A stretch of DNA of 64,000 nucleotides from Acidimicrobiales bacterium (lineage in GTDB: Bacteria > Actinomycetota > Acidimicrobiia > Acidimicrobiales > MedAcidi-G1), in the NCBI GenBank assembly GCA_028823445.1, contig JAPKBH010000008.1, positions 106 through 64,105 on the forward strand, written 5' to 3'. The notes beneath the pieces were generated by a model. That model was given only the letters and a program-made list of their open reading frames with translations, was not told where the DNA came from and made no database searches. The translations under genes were made by a program, and so were the position numbers. Positions 19,242-29,804 of the stretch are shown here, in pieces (within the stretch, counting starts at the first letter, position 1; every line of letters begins with the position of its first letter).

Positions 19242-20141
19242 TTAGCGGGATGATTTGGTTGGTTGGCGACCCGGCAAAAAACGCAGGCGTCCATCGGTGC
19301 GTTCTACTCGGTCGCCTCCGCCCACTTCGGCCGCTTGGTTGGTGTGAGCGACCACTGCACACACCCGATCTACCGCTGCAGCATCGGGGGCTAACCCGTT
19401 TCGTTGTTGGGTCAGCCAGTGGTGCACGCTTAATCGCACCAAGGCGGGGTCTTGTTGGGCCAGCATTCGCGTATCGGTGGGGTCAAGGTCGGCCAACAAC
19501 TCTTGAAGCAAAGCCACCCCTTGGCCCGCATGTTCGGCATGTCGGGCCAATAGCGGCACGGGGTCGCGTTGGAATACTTCAGCCAGCAAAGGGAGCACTT
19601 CATGGCGTACCCGGTTGCGGGTAAAGCGTGGGTCAGCGTTCATGGGGTCATCTAGGGGCTCAAGGCCTTGGTTTTGGCATACCCATTGGGTTTCATGGCG
19701 TCGCAGGTTCAGAATGGGCCGCCGTTGGGGGCTCCCGATGCCCGCCACCCCGGGTAAGCCAGCGCCGCGAAGCAAGTTAAGGAGCACTGTTTCTGCTTGG
19801 TCGTCTGCGGTATGGCCGGTGAGTACCCCAGAAGGTAGAAGATCTTTACGGGCCTGACGTGCTCGGGCTTCGAGGTTGGGGCCAGGGTCTACCGAGGCGG
19901 TCACCAACTCAATGCTGGCTCCGAGGCTGGCCGCTACTTGGGCCACCGCTGCTCCCTCTTGGTCCGAGCCTTGACGCAAGCCATGGTCCACGTGCCAGGC
20001 CGTCACCGTGCAACCTGCTTGTGTGGCCAGCACCAGCAACGCTAACGAATCGGCGCCGCCGGAAACCGCACAATCAACAGAGGTGCCGGCCGGGGGAAAT
20101 TGGCATCGCTCCAGGAGTTCTGAAAGCGAGGTTTCGGTCAT
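19242..20141 (-). CDS. tilS: tRNA(Ile)-lysidine synthase
   Basis: PP-loop motif CAVSGGADSLAL, short actinobacterial form. The ATG at 20141 forms an ATGA overlap with the upstream stop. The ORF track extends to 20225. Confidence 0.9.
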   Translation of the reverse strand: MTETSLSELLERCQFPPAGTSVDCAVSGGADSLALLVLATQAGCTVTAWHVDHGLRQGSDQEGAAVAQVAASLGASIELVTASVDPGPNLEARARQARKDLLPSGVLTGHTADDQAETVLLNLLRGAGLPGVAGIGSPQRRPILNLRRHETQWVCQNQGLEPLDDPMNADPRFTRNRVRHEVLPLLAEVFQRDPVPLLARHAEHAGQGVALLQELLADLDPTDTRMLAQQDPALVRLSVHHWLTQQRNGLAPDAAAVDRVCAVVAHTNQAAEVGGGDRVERTDGRLRFLPGRQPTKSSR

Positions 20142-21259
20142 GCCGCCGGTTCGGTCATGCGAGTCACCCATAGTTGAGGGTCTTGAATCTCGGCTGAACT
20201 TGGCAGGTGCGCTGGTTTTTCCCACACTTGGTTAAAGAGGTCGGCGCCTCCGGCGGTTTCTACAGCCGCAATAAACGCTTCGCCTTGGATGTATTGCGCC
20301 AACTTGGCTTCTAGACCGATGGCTTTTTGAATCAACCGAGTCAGGCCGGTGGCCGACTGGCGGCGGTGGCGCATGACTTTGGCGTAGCGGTCGGCGTGTT
20401 CTACCAAGCCGATGCCGGCCCGGTCCATGGTGACGTCGCCGTGGCCTTCGAGCAGGCTCATTAAACCGGCGATCCCATCAAGAGCCAGTTTTTGTTCGGG
20501 GGTAGCTATGGCAGAGAGCATGGAATCGTTGTTGTCGCTTTTGCCTTTGGTGAAAGACCGCAACCGGTCGGCCAACTGTTGGGGCTCTGGTTCAGCTTGA
20601 TCTAACAAGGTTTCTACTAAACCCAAGTAGTGGCTTCGCATCCATGGCACTCCGGTGAACTGTGCCCGGTGGGTTACTTCGTGGAGGGCCAGCCATAAAC
20701 GAAAATCACTTGAGGGAAACGCCGAGCGGCGTTCTAAGGCCACGATGTTGGGGCCCACGTAGTACACCAAGTCTTGATCTTCGGCTTGTTCGTCTTCAAT
20801 AACCAGCAGGTCGTATTGGCCGAGCACTCGGGTAGACATCCAGCCCAACACGGCACCCATTTCTACGGCGGTTACTTGGGCCGTTACTTTGGTCCAAGCG
20901 GTTTCTGGTTGATCGCCCATGCGCTCAAATAGCGGACGCAGCAGGCGTTGCAGCGAAGCCAGGTTGGCGCGAATCCAGTCGGAGCGGTCTACTACTCGGG
21001 CCCGGGCGGAGCCTTGGTCGGAGGTTAAGCCGGTGGTAGCGGCCACCAAACCTTCGGCCAGCGCTGTGTGTTCGGTGAACTCTTCAATCAGGTTGCCGTG
21101 TAGGTGAGCGTCAGCAAAAGGGGCCCGTTGGGCGACCTTTACTGCTACTCGTTCGGCCAAGGCCCAGTCGACTGCGGTGGGCCCCACGGGTTGCGTTACT
21201 TCTTTGGGTAACGGGTGGTGGAAACTTTTGTAAAGTATCCCACCAGAGTGGCCACACAC
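20138..21259 (-). CDS. zinc-dependent metalloprotease, DUF2342 family
   Basis: HExxH motif LALHEVTHRAQF in a ~370-aa protein of the actinobacterial DUF2342 type, located next to tilS as in mycobacteria. The start is uncertain: GTG at 21259, or GTG at 21187 if the upstream small ORF is real. Confidence 0.8.
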   Translation of the reverse strand: MCGHSGGILYKSFHHPLPKEVTQPVGPTAVDWALAERVAVKVAQRAPFADAHLHGNLIEEFTEHTALAEGLVAATTGLTSDQGSARARVVDRSDWIRANLASLQRLLRPLFERMGDQPETAWTKVTAQVTAVEMGAVLGWMSTRVLGQYDLLVIEDEQAEDQDLVYYVGPNIVALERRSAFPSSDFRLWLALHEVTHRAQFTGVPWMRSHYLGLVETLLDQAEPEPQQLADRLRSFTKGKSDNNDSMLSAIATPEQKLALDGIAGLMSLLEGHGDVTMDRAGIGLVEHADRYAKVMRHRRQSATGLTRLIQKAIGLEAKLAQYIQGEAFIAAVETAGGADLFNQVWEKPAHLPSSAEIQDPQLWVTRMTEPAA

Positions 21260-21330
21260 AGGGCCACGCCGCCGCCTACCAAAGGTACGGCAAGCCAGTA
21301 ATGCCAGATGACTCCTGAAAGCACGTTCAT
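21196..21330 (-). CDS. candidate small hydrophobic protein (44 aa)
   Basis: Hand translation gives MNVLSGVIWHYWLAVPLVGGGVALCVATLVGYFTKVSTTRYPKK, with AGGA 8 nt upstream of the ATG. Not in the ORF track because it is under 60 aa. It overlaps only the questionable N-terminal extension of the metalloprotease ORF. Confidence 0.3.
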   Translation of the reverse strand: MNVLSGVIWHYWLAVPLVGGGVALCVATLVGYFTKVSTTRYPKK

Positions 21331-21385
21331 GGGGTTGATCCTAGAGGGTTGAGGTTGTGGTTTTCTTTTATTTCTTTAAATAATG

Positions 21386-21458
21386 AGCCCGCGCGGGGAA
21401 TTGAACCCCGGACCTGCTCATTACGAATGAGCTGCTCTTCCAACTGAGCTACACGGGC
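21386..21458 (-). tRNA. tRNA-Thr (anticodon CGU)
   Basis: The minus strand reads GCCCGTG-TA-GCTC-AGTTGGAA-GAGC-A-GCTCA-TTCGTAA-TGAGC-AGGTC-CGGGG-TTCAATT-CCCCG-CGCGGGC-T. This is a 73-nt cloverleaf with U33, anticodon CGT and A37. CCA is not encoded. Confidence 0.93.
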
Positions 21459-21513
21459 GGTGCGGGGCAAGCGTAGCGGTCTACTCTCAAGGCACGAACC
21501 TTTCTGGCCATGT

Positions 21514-23841
21514 TCAGGGGCGTTCTATGGGTGCCCAGGCCAGCAACAAGCGTTTTTCGCCTTTTTGGGTGAAGCGCACTACCGCTTCGGCACGGTCGCC
21601 TTCTCCTGATACTTCCAGCACGGTTCCCGGGCCCCATGCAGCATGCATTACTTCTTCACCGGGTTGCAGGTTGAGTAGATGAGCACCGTGACCCGGCGGG
21701 GTGGAGTCTTTTTTCTTTCCGGCGCCGATTACTGAGCCGGCCGGTTCGTGGTCTGAGGAGGGAGTAGAGGGGAACCAGCCGCTTTCTGACCCTGCTGGTT
21801 TTTTACTGGCCCACGATTCGCTGCGGGTACTGGAGCCCCATCCGGCGTCACGGCGAGGGCGATGCTTTCTGCTGTCCTCCGCTTCGCTCAACAGGTCTTC
21901 CGGTATTTCGTCGAGGAAACGGCTCGGCGGGTTGTACTGGGTGGTGCCATGCAACATGCGACACCAAGCGTGGGTCACAAAAAGTTTTTCTCGAGCCCGG
22001 GTAATGCCCACATAAGCCAAGCGGCGTTCTTCTTCTAACTGGGTTTCATCGCCCAAAGAACGCACATGAGGAAACACCCCGTCTTCGAGCCCCAGCAAAA
22101 ACACCACCGGGAACTCCAAACCTTTAGCGGCATGCAAGGTCATCAAGGTGACCATGCCGGCTTCTTCCGCCGCTGGGTCGGGCAAAGCATCGGTGTCGGC
22201 CACCAGTCCTACTTGTTCTAAAAACTCGTCCACGGTGTTGAACTCGTCGGCTACCCCAATCAGTTCGGCCAAGTTTTCTAAACGGCCCTCTGATTCAATG
22301 GTGCGTTCTGCCCGGAGTTCATCTAAATATCCCGAAGCTTCAAGAGCGGTTTCTAACACTGGGCCGGGGCCGTTGTCTATGTCGCAGCGCAAGGTGTCAT
22401 GGAGGTCAAGAAAACCCCGTATGCCGGGCAAAGCACGGCCCCCCACCCCGGCTTCTTCGGCTTGTGATAGCGCCACCATGAACCCCGTGCCGGCGTGGGC
22501 GGCCCAAGCATCTATTTTGCTGATCGAGGTGGCGCCGATGCCTCGTTTGGGCACGTTGAGCACTCGTTTGGCGGCCACCTCGTCGGTGGGGTTGGCGGCC
22601 AACCGCAGATAAGCCAGCGCATCACGTACTTCGCGGCGGTCGTAGAAACGAGTGCCGCCCAGTACCCGGTAGGGCACACCGCGGCGCACCAACTGTTCTT
22701 CCACGGCCCTGCTTTGAGCATTGGTGCGGTAAAAAACCGCCATGTCGGCCCATTGGTGGTGGCCTCCGTCATGCAAGGTGGCTAAACGGTCTACTACCCA
22801 GCGGGCCTCGTCCGTTTCGTCTTCGGCTTGGTAACGGGTTATGGGGTCGCCCGGGCCTTCGGCGGTCCAGAGTTCTTTGGGCCGGCGCCCAGTGTTGCGA
22901 GAAATCACCGCATTGGCGGCATCTAAAATAGTTTGTGTCGATCGATAATTTTGGTCAAGCACCACCACGGTGGCGTCGGGGAACGTTTTTTCGAAACCCA
23001 AAATGTTGCGCACGTCGGCGCCCCGAAATTGGTAGATGGATTGATCGCTGTCGCCCACCACACAAATATTGCGGTGTTCTTGGGAGAGCAACATGACCAA
23101 CTCGTTTTGTACCGGGTTGGTGTCTTGATATTCGTCGACCAGTACATGTTTAAAACGTTGACGGTAGGAGGCCAGCACATCGGGGTGTTTTTTAAACAAG
23201 GTCACCGTGTTGCCCAAGAGGTCGTCGAAGTCCATGGCGCCGGCTTTGAATAACCGGTTTTGGTATTCATGAAAAACCGTGGCGATACGTTTTTGAATAG
23301 GCCCTACGGCTTCTTCTTCATATTGGGCGGCTGATTTTCCTTCATTCTTGGCGGCCGAAATTGAGGCATGAATGGACCGCGGGGGGAAACGTTTGATGTC
23401 CAAGTTGAGGTCTTTGATGACATAGCCGGTGAGACGCACCGCATCGCTTTGATCGTAGATACTGAATTGCGAGGGGAACCCTAAGCGTTCAGCGTCACGA
23501 CGCAAGATGCGCACACAGGCCGAGTGGAAGGTTGAGACCCACATTTTTTGGGCTACCGGCCCCACTAATTCACCTACCCGGTGTTTCATTTCGGCGGCCG
23601 CTTTGTTAGTGAACGTGATGGCCAATATTTCGAAAGGCGAGACTTGGCCTTCGGTAATTAAATGGGCGATGCGGCGAGTCAGTACCCGGGTTTTTCCCGA
23701 CCCAGCCCCGGCCACTACCAAAAGCGGGCCGACCGGGTGGATGACGGCGTCTTCTTGCGCCGGGTTGAGGCCCAGGTCGGCGAGTTGATTTTCGGGGGGA
23801 GAAAACAGTGGATGTTCTTGAGAGGAAGCCATTGCGTTCAC
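21514..23841 (-). CDS. pcrA: ATP-dependent DNA helicase PcrA/UvrD (SF1)
   Basis: 775 aa. Walker A AGAGSGKTRVLT, VDEYQDTN, TLHAAKGLEFPVVF, VGITRA, and a C-terminal Tudor-like tail. Confidence 0.95.
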   Translation of the reverse strand: MNAMASSQEHPLFSPPENQLADLGLNPAQEDAVIHPVGPLLVVAGAGSGKTRVLTRRIAHLITEGQVSPFEILAITFTNKAAAEMKHRVGELVGPVAQKMWVSTFHSACVRILRRDAERLGFPSQFSIYDQSDAVRLTGYVIKDLNLDIKRFPPRSIHASISAAKNEGKSAAQYEEEAVGPIQKRIATVFHEYQNRLFKAGAMDFDDLLGNTVTLFKKHPDVLASYRQRFKHVLVDEYQDTNPVQNELVMLLSQEHRNICVVGDSDQSIYQFRGADVRNILGFEKTFPDATVVVLDQNYRSTQTILDAANAVISRNTGRRPKELWTAEGPGDPITRYQAEDETDEARWVVDRLATLHDGGHHQWADMAVFYRTNAQSRAVEEQLVRRGVPYRVLGGTRFYDRREVRDALAYLRLAANPTDEVAAKRVLNVPKRGIGATSISKIDAWAAHAGTGFMVALSQAEEAGVGGRALPGIRGFLDLHDTLRCDIDNGPGPVLETALEASGYLDELRAERTIESEGRLENLAELIGVADEFNTVDEFLEQVGLVADTDALPDPAAEEAGMVTLMTLHAAKGLEFPVVFLLGLEDGVFPHVRSLGDETQLEEERRLAYVGITRAREKLFVTHAWCRMLHGTTQYNPPSRFLDEIPEDLLSEAEDSRKHRPRRDAGWGSSTRSESWASKKPAGSESGWFPSTPSSDHEPAGSVIGAGKKKDSTPPGHGAHLLNLQPGEEVMHAAWGPGTVLEVSGEGDRAEAVVRFTQKGEKRLLLAWAPIERP

Positions 23842-23893
23842 CCTACCGTTGGGGTGTGACAGGCCTCGGGGTCTGGGCTATTGTTCGCCCCCT

Positions 23894-24826
23894 ATGCAAA
23901 ATCCTTTTCGTTTCAGCATCACCGCCAACGCTCCTCGACCGGTCACCGAGTGGCGCGAATTAGGGCGCCGTATCGAAGATCTGGGTTATTCCACGTTGAG
24001 TGTTTCCGATCACCTAGATGCAGAGATGGCACCTTTTGTGGCCCTAACCGTTATTGCCGAAGTAACCCGTGAACTCCGCTTAGCTACCTTGGTATTAGGC
24101 AACGATTTTCGCCACCCAGTATTTTTAGCCAAAGAGGCAGCCACCCTCGACTTACTTTCTGAAGGCCGGTTAGAACTGGGCATCGGCGCGGGCTGGAAAT
24201 CCAGCGACTACCACCACTCCGGTATTTCTTTTGACTCGCCGAGCATCCGCATTGCCCGCTTAGCGGAAGCCATCACCGTGCTTAAAGGCTGCTTTGCCGA
24301 AGGACCTTTTAGCTTTGACGGCGAGTTCTACACCATTAAAGATCTTGATGGGCAACCAAGTTGTCTGCAAGACCCTCATCCTCCGCTTATTTTGGGCGGA
24401 GGCGGCAAAAAAATGTTGACCTTGGCTGCCCAACAGGGCGACATCGTGGGGGTCAACGCCAGCATGGCCGCCGGGATTATCGATCAGCGAGCCGGGGCAT
24501 CGGCCACCGTAGATGCCACCGATTTAAAACTTTCTTGGATTCGCCAAGCGGCCGGTGACCGTTTTAGCGACTTGGAATTACAAACCAGGGTGCACATGTC
24601 GGCCATCACCAACGACCCCATGGGCATCGCTGAGTTGATGGCCCCCGCTTTGGGGCTAAGCGCCGAAGAGGCCTTGGCTTCGCCTCATGTGCTGGTCGGT
24701 TCGGTAGGCGAATGTGTCGAAACGTTGTTGGCTTGGCGAGAACGTTGGGGCATTACTTACATCGGCATCAACGAAGACTCGTTGGTAGATTTTGCTCCGG
24801 TAGTCGAAGCGCTGGCCGGGGTTTAG
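23894..24826 (+). CDS. LLM-class (luciferase-like) F420-dependent oxidoreductase
   Basis: About 310 aa. TIM-barrel LLM features: LSVSDHL, LATLVLGNDFRHP, GRLELGIGAGW. The ATG at 23894 is preferred over the ORF-track start at 23849. The cofactor call is by family resemblance only. Confidence 0.8.
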   Translation: MQNPFRFSITANAPRPVTEWRELGRRIEDLGYSTLSVSDHLDAEMAPFVALTVIAEVTRELRLATLVLGNDFRHPVFLAKEAATLDLLSEGRLELGIGAGWKSSDYHHSGISFDSPSIRIARLAEAITVLKGCFAEGPFSFDGEFYTIKDLDGQPSCLQDPHPPLILGGGGKKMLTLAAQQGDIVGVNASMAAGIIDQRAGASATVDATDLKLSWIRQAAGDRFSDLELQTRVHMSAITNDPMGIAELMAPALGLSAEEALASPHVLVGSVGECVETLLAWRERWGITYIGINEDSLVDFAPVVEALAGV

Positions 24827-24828
24827 CG

Positions 24829-25404
24829 CTAAACAGTCCGGCCGAAGAGGGCCAGCAGGCGTACTCCGGCCGCTGCGTCTTCTGGAGGGTGAACCGGTGC
24901 CCCCACCATGCCGCTGGCCACCAGCGAGTCGGCGAGCGGTAGCCAGAACTCCAGGCAGCGTTCGGCCAGGTCGTCGGGCAATTCAAGCGGTTGGTTACGG
25001 GCCTGGGCTAAGTCCCAGGCGTGAATAAGGTTTTCGGTTATGCGGAAACCCAAAACTATGGACCCCGGTACTTCGCCCATGGGGTGGGTGTAGATTTTTT
25101 CTTCCACCTCTTGAGCGGAGGCGGCTTCCATAGCGGCAATGGCCGTGCCTCGCCAAGTAGCAAGTGGGTTGGGGCCTAGGATCGAGACATCCATTTCGGT
25201 CACCGGTTCTATCCGATTACCAGACAACAAGTCCAGCATCATGGCTTCGCCGAGCACCAGGTGGGCAACTAACGCTTGTACGTCCCATTCGTCGCACGGG
25301 GTGGCGGCGTACCACTGCTCGTCAGTGAGTTCCATGAGTTGGCGGCCAAAAAGCGTGCTGGCTGTTACGTAATCTTGGTGGGTGGGCATGGCCGTTATTC
25401 CCAC
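24829..25404 (-). CDS. DinB-like / mycothiol-dependent maleylpyruvate isomerase N-terminal domain protein (TIGR03086-like)
   Basis: 191 aa. Motif L..L...[19 protein letters not shown], typical of actinobacterial MDMPI_N/DinB proteins. Start is either GTG at 25404 or ATG at 25389. Confidence 0.75.
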   Translation of the reverse strand: MGITAMPTHQDYVTASTLFGRQLMELTDEQWYAATPCDEWDVQALVAHLVLGEAMMLDLLSGNRIEPVTEMDVSILGPNPLATWRGTAIAAMEAASAQEVEEKIYTHPMGEVPGSIVLGFRITENLIHAWDLAQARNQPLELPDDLAERCLEFWLPLADSLVASGMVGAPVHPPEDAAAGVRLLALFGRTV

Positions 25405-26960
25405 TCAATGGTGCCCGGAGGCTTCGACGTAATGTCGTAGGCCACCCGGTTTACGCCGTCTACTTCGTTGATGATGCGACTCGACATGGTTTCTAAAAGG
25501 TCGTAGGGCAGGCGGGCCCAGTCGGCGGTCATGGCATCTTCGCTGGTTACCGCACGAATAATAATGGGCCACCCGTAGGTGCGCTCATCGCCCATGACCC
25601 CCACTGAGCGGATGTCAGGCAGCACGGCGAAAGCTTGCCAAATTTCTCGGTCCAGACCTGCATCGTGTATTTCTTGGCGCACGATCAGGTCGGCTGCTTG
25701 CAAGGTGGCCACCTTGTCCGGAGTCACCTCGCCGATAATGCGTACCCCAAGACCGGGCCCGGGGAAGGGTTGGCGCCACACGATTTCATCGGGGAGGCCC
25801 AGTTCTGAACCGACGGCCCGCACTTCGTCTTTAAACAAGTTGCGTAGCGGTTCGACGAGGGCGAACTCCATGTCGTCGGGCAGGCCACCCACGTTGTGGT
25901 GGCTTTTTATTTTGGCGGCATCTTTGGTGCCCGACTCAATGACGTCGGGGTACAAGGTGCCTTGCACCAAGAATGCGGTGCCTTCGATTTCGCGCTCAGC
26001 GTCTTCAAACACCCGAATGAACAGTTCGCCGATGGCTTTGCGTTTGGCTTCCGGTTCGGTAAGGCCCGCCAGAGCAGTGAAGAAACGGTCAGCGGCTTTT
26101 ACGTGGATGAGTTCAATGCCTTGGTGGCGGTCGAAGGTTTCTACTACCTGTTCGCCTTCACCGGAACGCATGAGCCCGGTGTCCACAAACACGCAGGTCA
26201 ACTGGTCGCCAATGGCTTCATGGACCAGCGCCGCCGCTACTGCGGAGTCCACCCCGCCCGAGAGGCCACAAATGGCTCGTCCGGTGCCCACCTGGGCTTT
26301 AATAGCTGCCACCGATGACTCGATGACCGAGGTCATGGTCCAATCCCCAGCGCAGCCACAGACATCAATGAGAAAGCGTTTCAGAAGGGCAGGGCCGCAG
26401 GGGGTGTGGAGCACCTCGGGGTGGAACTGAACCCCGTAGAGGCCTCGTTCTGGGGCTTCAAAAGCTGCAACCGGAGCATCGGGGGATGAAGCGGTGGTTT
26501 GTGCGCCGGTGGGCGGTTCGGTGATGGCATCAAAGTGGCTCATCCACACGCTTTGCGGGCCGAGTTCAACGTCGACCAACAAGGTGCCGGGGTCGGTAAT
26601 GGTCAACTCGGTGCGGCCGTATTCGCCCCGTTCGTTACGGCCCACCGTGCCGCCACATTGTTGGGCCAAGAGTTGAGCACCGTAACAAATACCCAAAATA
26701 GGTACCCCCAGGTCGTACACCCCGGGGTCTATTTTTGGTGCGCCGTCTACGTGTACCGAGGCCGGGCCACCACTAAAAATAATGGCCGTGGGTTTTCGGT
26801 CAGCAAACTCTTGGGCCGAAAGATTATGGGGAACGATCTCGCTGTAGACCCGACATTCACGCACCCGACGAGCAATCAGTTGGGCGTATTGCGCCCCAAA
26901 GTCCACCACCAACACTCGGTCGGTGGATCCGGCAGCGCCCCCGGGTGTTTCTTCAGTCAT
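25395..26960 (-). CDS. guaA: GMP synthase (glutamine-hydrolysing)
   Basis: 521 aa. GATase1 block [13 protein letters not shown]-loop [10 protein letters not shown], and C-terminal KPPGTIEWE. Confidence 0.97.
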   Translation of the reverse strand: MTEETPGGAAGSTDRVLVVDFGAQYAQLIARRVRECRVYSEIVPHNLSAQEFADRKPTAIIFSGGPASVHVDGAPKIDPGVYDLGVPILGICYGAQLLAQQCGGTVGRNERGEYGRTELTITDPGTLLVDVELGPQSVWMSHFDAITEPPTGAQTTASSPDAPVAAFEAPERGLYGVQFHPEVLHTPCGPALLKRFLIDVCGCAGDWTMTSVIESSVAAIKAQVGTGRAICGLSGGVDSAVAAALVHEAIGDQLTCVFVDTGLMRSGEGEQVVETFDRHQGIELIHVKAADRFFTALAGLTEPEAKRKAIGELFIRVFEDAEREIEGTAFLVQGTLYPDVIESGTKDAAKIKSHHNVGGLPDDMEFALVEPLRNLFKDEVRAVGSELGLPDEIVWRQPFPGPGLGVRIIGEVTPDKVATLQAADLIVRQEIHDAGLDREIWQAFAVLPDIRSVGVMGDERTYGWPIIIRAVTSEDAMTADWARLPYDLLETMSSRIINEVDGVNRVAYDITSKPPGTIEWE

Positions 26961-26972
26961 GGAGTTTTGGGC

Positions 26973-28157
26973 CTAGTGGCCCATACCTACGCCTTGAGCT
27001 TTTTGTAGCGACTTGCCTTCAGTTTGCAAAGCGGGGGCCACCATGACTTCGGCTTTTTGAAACTCTTTGATGTTGAGGTAGCCGCAGGTAGCCATAGAGG
27101 TGCGTAGACCGCCAAATAGGTTGAGTTTCCCGTCATTTTCGTTGGCCGGGCCCAGCAGTACTTCTTCTAAGGTGCCGCGTACCGCCGTAGTAACCCGGGC
27201 GCCACGAGGCAAGGTGGGATGAAAGGTGGCCATACCCCAATGGTGGCCGCGTCCCGGGGCTTCCGCAGCGGCCGCTAATGGTGAGCCGATCATTACCGCA
27301 TCGGCGCCACACACGATGGCTTTAGAAATGTCTCCGCCGGTAGCCATGCCGCCGTCGGCGATGACCTGGCAGTAGACGCCGGTTTCGTCGAGGTGGCGCA
27401 TCCGGGCGGCCCGCACATCAGCAATGGCCGTGGCTTGGGGCACGCCTAAGCCCAACACGCCGCGGGTGGTACAAGCATGGCCGGGGCCTACCCCTACCAG
27501 AATGCCGGCGGCGCCAGTGCGCATGAGGTGCAAAGCGGCACGATAGGTGGCGCAGCCTCCCACGATGACCGGCATGTCCAGTTTACGAATGAACGTTTTG
27601 AGGTTCAAAGGCTCCACGGTGCTCGATACGTGTTCGGCAGAAACCACGGTGCCTTGAATAACCAGCATGTCGAGGCCGCCTTCTAAAATGGCGGGCAGCA
27701 GGGCTTCGGTGCGTTGAGGGGTTACCGAGGCGCACGAGACCACCCCAGCGGCGTTTATTTCGGCAATACGTTGGGTCACCAACTCGAGTTTCAAGGGCTC
27801 TTGGTAGAGCTCTTGCATGCGCCGGGTGGCTTTTTCTACCGGCAGGTCCGCTATTTCAGCCAACACGGCATCAGCGTCTTCATAACGGCACCACAGACCC
27901 TCAAGGTTCAACACTCCTACCCCACCAAGTCGGCCCACCTCAATAGCGGTAGCGGGGCTAACCACCCCGTCCATGGCCGAAGCCATAAGGGGAAGGTCAA
28001 ACTGGTAAGCATCGATCTTCCAAGAAATGTCTACATCTTCGGGGTCGCGGGTGCGGCGGCTGGGCACGATGGCGATGTCGTCAAACCCATAGGCTCGGCG
28101 CCCGCTCTTGCCCATGCCGATTTCGATCTCTGCCATGGGTACAAACCTCTTTTTCAA
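26973..28157 (-). CDS. guaB3: GuaB3-type IMP dehydrogenase-related protein (no CBS pair)
   Basis: 394 aa. IMPDH TIM-barrel motifs ([15 protein letters not shown]) without the CBS insertion. Size and layout match actinobacterial GuaB3. Confidence 0.85.
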   Translation of the reverse strand: MKKRFVPMAEIEIGMGKSGRRAYGFDDIAIVPSRRTRDPEDVDISWKIDAYQFDLPLMASAMDGVVSPATAIEVGRLGGVGVLNLEGLWCRYEDADAVLAEIADLPVEKATRRMQELYQEPLKLELVTQRIAEINAAGVVSCASVTPQRTEALLPAILEGGLDMLVIQGTVVSAEHVSSTVEPLNLKTFIRKLDMPVIVGGCATYRAALHLMRTGAAGILVGVGPGHACTTRGVLGLGVPQATAIADVRAARMRHLDETGVYCQVIADGGMATGGDISKAIVCGADAVMIGSPLAAAAEAPGRGHHWGMATFHPTLPRGARVTTAVRGTLEEVLLGPANENDGKLNLFGGLRTSMATCGYLNIKEFQKAEVMVAPALQTEGKSLQKAQGVGMGH

Positions 28158-28216
28158 TGAGTGGAAACGCTGAGTTTACCGTGCCTTTTGCCATCTGGCG
28201 GGTACGGGGAGAATCT

Positions 28217-29638
28217 TTAGGCGTCAAGAAGCTCTTTTATAAGGTCCATGAGGTGCTGTACGTGACTCTGGGTGGTCTGGGTGGCTCCCACGGCGACCCT
28301 CAGCACGTAACGGTCATTGAGTTTGGTGTGGGTCAACAGCACCTCTCCGGTGGCGTTGAGGGCTTGGAGAAGATCTTCTGAGGCTTGGTCTCCATCAAGA
28401 TGGCGAAAACACACCAGGGCCAAGGTCGGTGGGGCGGCCAATTCAAGCTGTGGATGTTGGGCCACTTGTTTAGCCAGATCTTGGGCCGCTGCTACGTGGT
28501 TGCGAATATGTGCTTGCAGGCCTTCTACCCCGTAACTGCGCAGCACAAACCACAGTTTTAGCGACCGGAAGCGACGGCCAAGTGGCACCTGCCAGTCTCG
28601 GTAATCAATAACGGCACCGGCCTCGCTGGCTGGGTTACGCAGGTATTCAGGCACTATAGAAAGTGCTTCGGTGAGCGGCCCGGCGTCGGCCACCCAAAAC
28701 AGCGAGCAGTCAAAGTTGGTCAGCAACCATTTGTGCGGGTTAAAGACATAACTGTCGGCTTGGTCAAGGCCCGTGAAGATCTCACGGTATTCGGGGCATA
28801 CGCCGGCCGATCCGGCCCAGGCGGCATCTACGTGCAGCCACGCCCCGGCGGCCTTGGCTAGGGGGGCTATTTTTGGCAAGGGGTCAACCGCTCCCGACGA
28901 GGTGGTGCCCACGGTGGCCATAACAAAAAACGGCACCAACCCGTCGGCTTGGTCCTGGGCGATGGCCTCCGCCAAGGCTTGGGGGTTCATGGCAAAGTTT
29001 TTGTCAGTGTCAATGAGCCGCAGTTGGTCAGAGGCCAAGCCAGCCACCAGGCAGCCCTTTTCGGCCGAAGAATGCGCTTGGGCCGAGGTGTAGGCCCGGA
29101 GGCGAGGCAGAACGGAGGCGCCTCCGGCTCGGTGACGGGCCGCCAAAATGGCGCAGAGGGTGGCCGAAGAGGCGGAGTCTTGAATCACCCCTCCCCCGGG
29201 CCCGGTGCTTAAGAACTTTTCCGGTAGCCCGCACAGGTCGATCATCCAATCCAGTAGGTGGGTTTCGAGTTCGGTGATAGCCGGGCCGGTGGACCACAGC
29301 ATGCCTTGCACCCCGAGGCCGGCGGAGAGCAGTTCGCCGAGAACGGCCGGGGGCGAAGAGTTAGCGGGAAAGTAGCCGTAGAACCCGGGGTGCTGCCATT
29401 GGGTCAGGTGCGGGGTGATGATGCGATCCATGTCGGCCAGCAGGTCGCCGAAAGGCTCACCAGTTTGCGGGGCGGCGTCGGGGAGGGCGGCCCGCACATC
29501 ACCAGGTTGGGTGGGCGGGGTTACCGGGCGCTGGTCAACGCCTTCCATGTGGTTGACCAACCAGTCAATGGTTGCATAGCCAGCTTGGCGAAACTCTTCG
29601 GTGCTCATGTGGGGCGGCGGTTCCAGCGATTCGGTCAT
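28217..29638 (-). CDS. group II pyridoxal-phosphate-dependent decarboxylase (aromatic-L-amino-acid/DDC-like)
   Basis: 473 aa. HPGFYGYFPANSS, ELETHLLDWM, HVDAAWAGSA and the PLP-lysine motif NPHKWL. Strongly DDC-like along the whole length. The substrate cannot be inferred. Confidence 0.88.
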   Translation of the reverse strand: MTESLEPPPHMSTEEFRQAGYATIDWLVNHMEGVDQRPVTPPTQPGDVRAALPDAAPQTGEPFGDLLADMDRIITPHLTQWQHPGFYGYFPANSSPPAVLGELLSAGLGVQGMLWSTGPAITELETHLLDWMIDLCGLPEKFLSTGPGGGVIQDSASSATLCAILAARHRAGGASVLPRLRAYTSAQAHSSAEKGCLVAGLASDQLRLIDTDKNFAMNPQALAEAIAQDQADGLVPFFVMATVGTTSSGAVDPLPKIAPLAKAAGAWLHVDAAWAGSAGVCPEYREIFTGLDQADSYVFNPHKWLLTNFDCSLFWVADAGPLTEALSIVPEYLRNPASEAGAVIDYRDWQVPLGRRFRSLKLWFVLRSYGVEGLQAHIRNHVAAAQDLAKQVAQHPQLELAAPPTLALVCFRHLDGDQASEDLLQALNATGEVLLTHTKLNDRYVLRVAVGATQTTQSHVQHLMDLIKELLDA

Positions 29639-29804
29639 GGGCCAATCCTAAGCCCATACACCAAAAGGCCACAATTTTTTCCCTGCTCGCATCGAACCCA
29701 CCTTGCCAGTCATCTTTAGTCTCATATCTTGTCTTTGTCCGCGACCATCAAAAGCGTTGCCAAACAATTCTGCACTCCTCCATACGGTTGCTGGACTAAT
29801 TTGA

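Noticed and set aside
21331-21513. tRNA-Thr as an integration hotspot, or a genomic island boundary
   Set aside because: There is no integrase, no duplicated tRNA 3' end and no compositional island on either side. The flanking genes (pcrA, DUF2342 protease, tilS) are core genes. The AT-rich TTATTT-AAAG-AAATAA hairpin just 3' of the tRNA is too weak to interpret.
25579-26430. 283-aa plus-strand ORF antisense to guaA
   Set aside because: Ser/Arg/Pro-rich translation typical of the reverse frame of a GC-rich gene. guaA on the other strand is certain.
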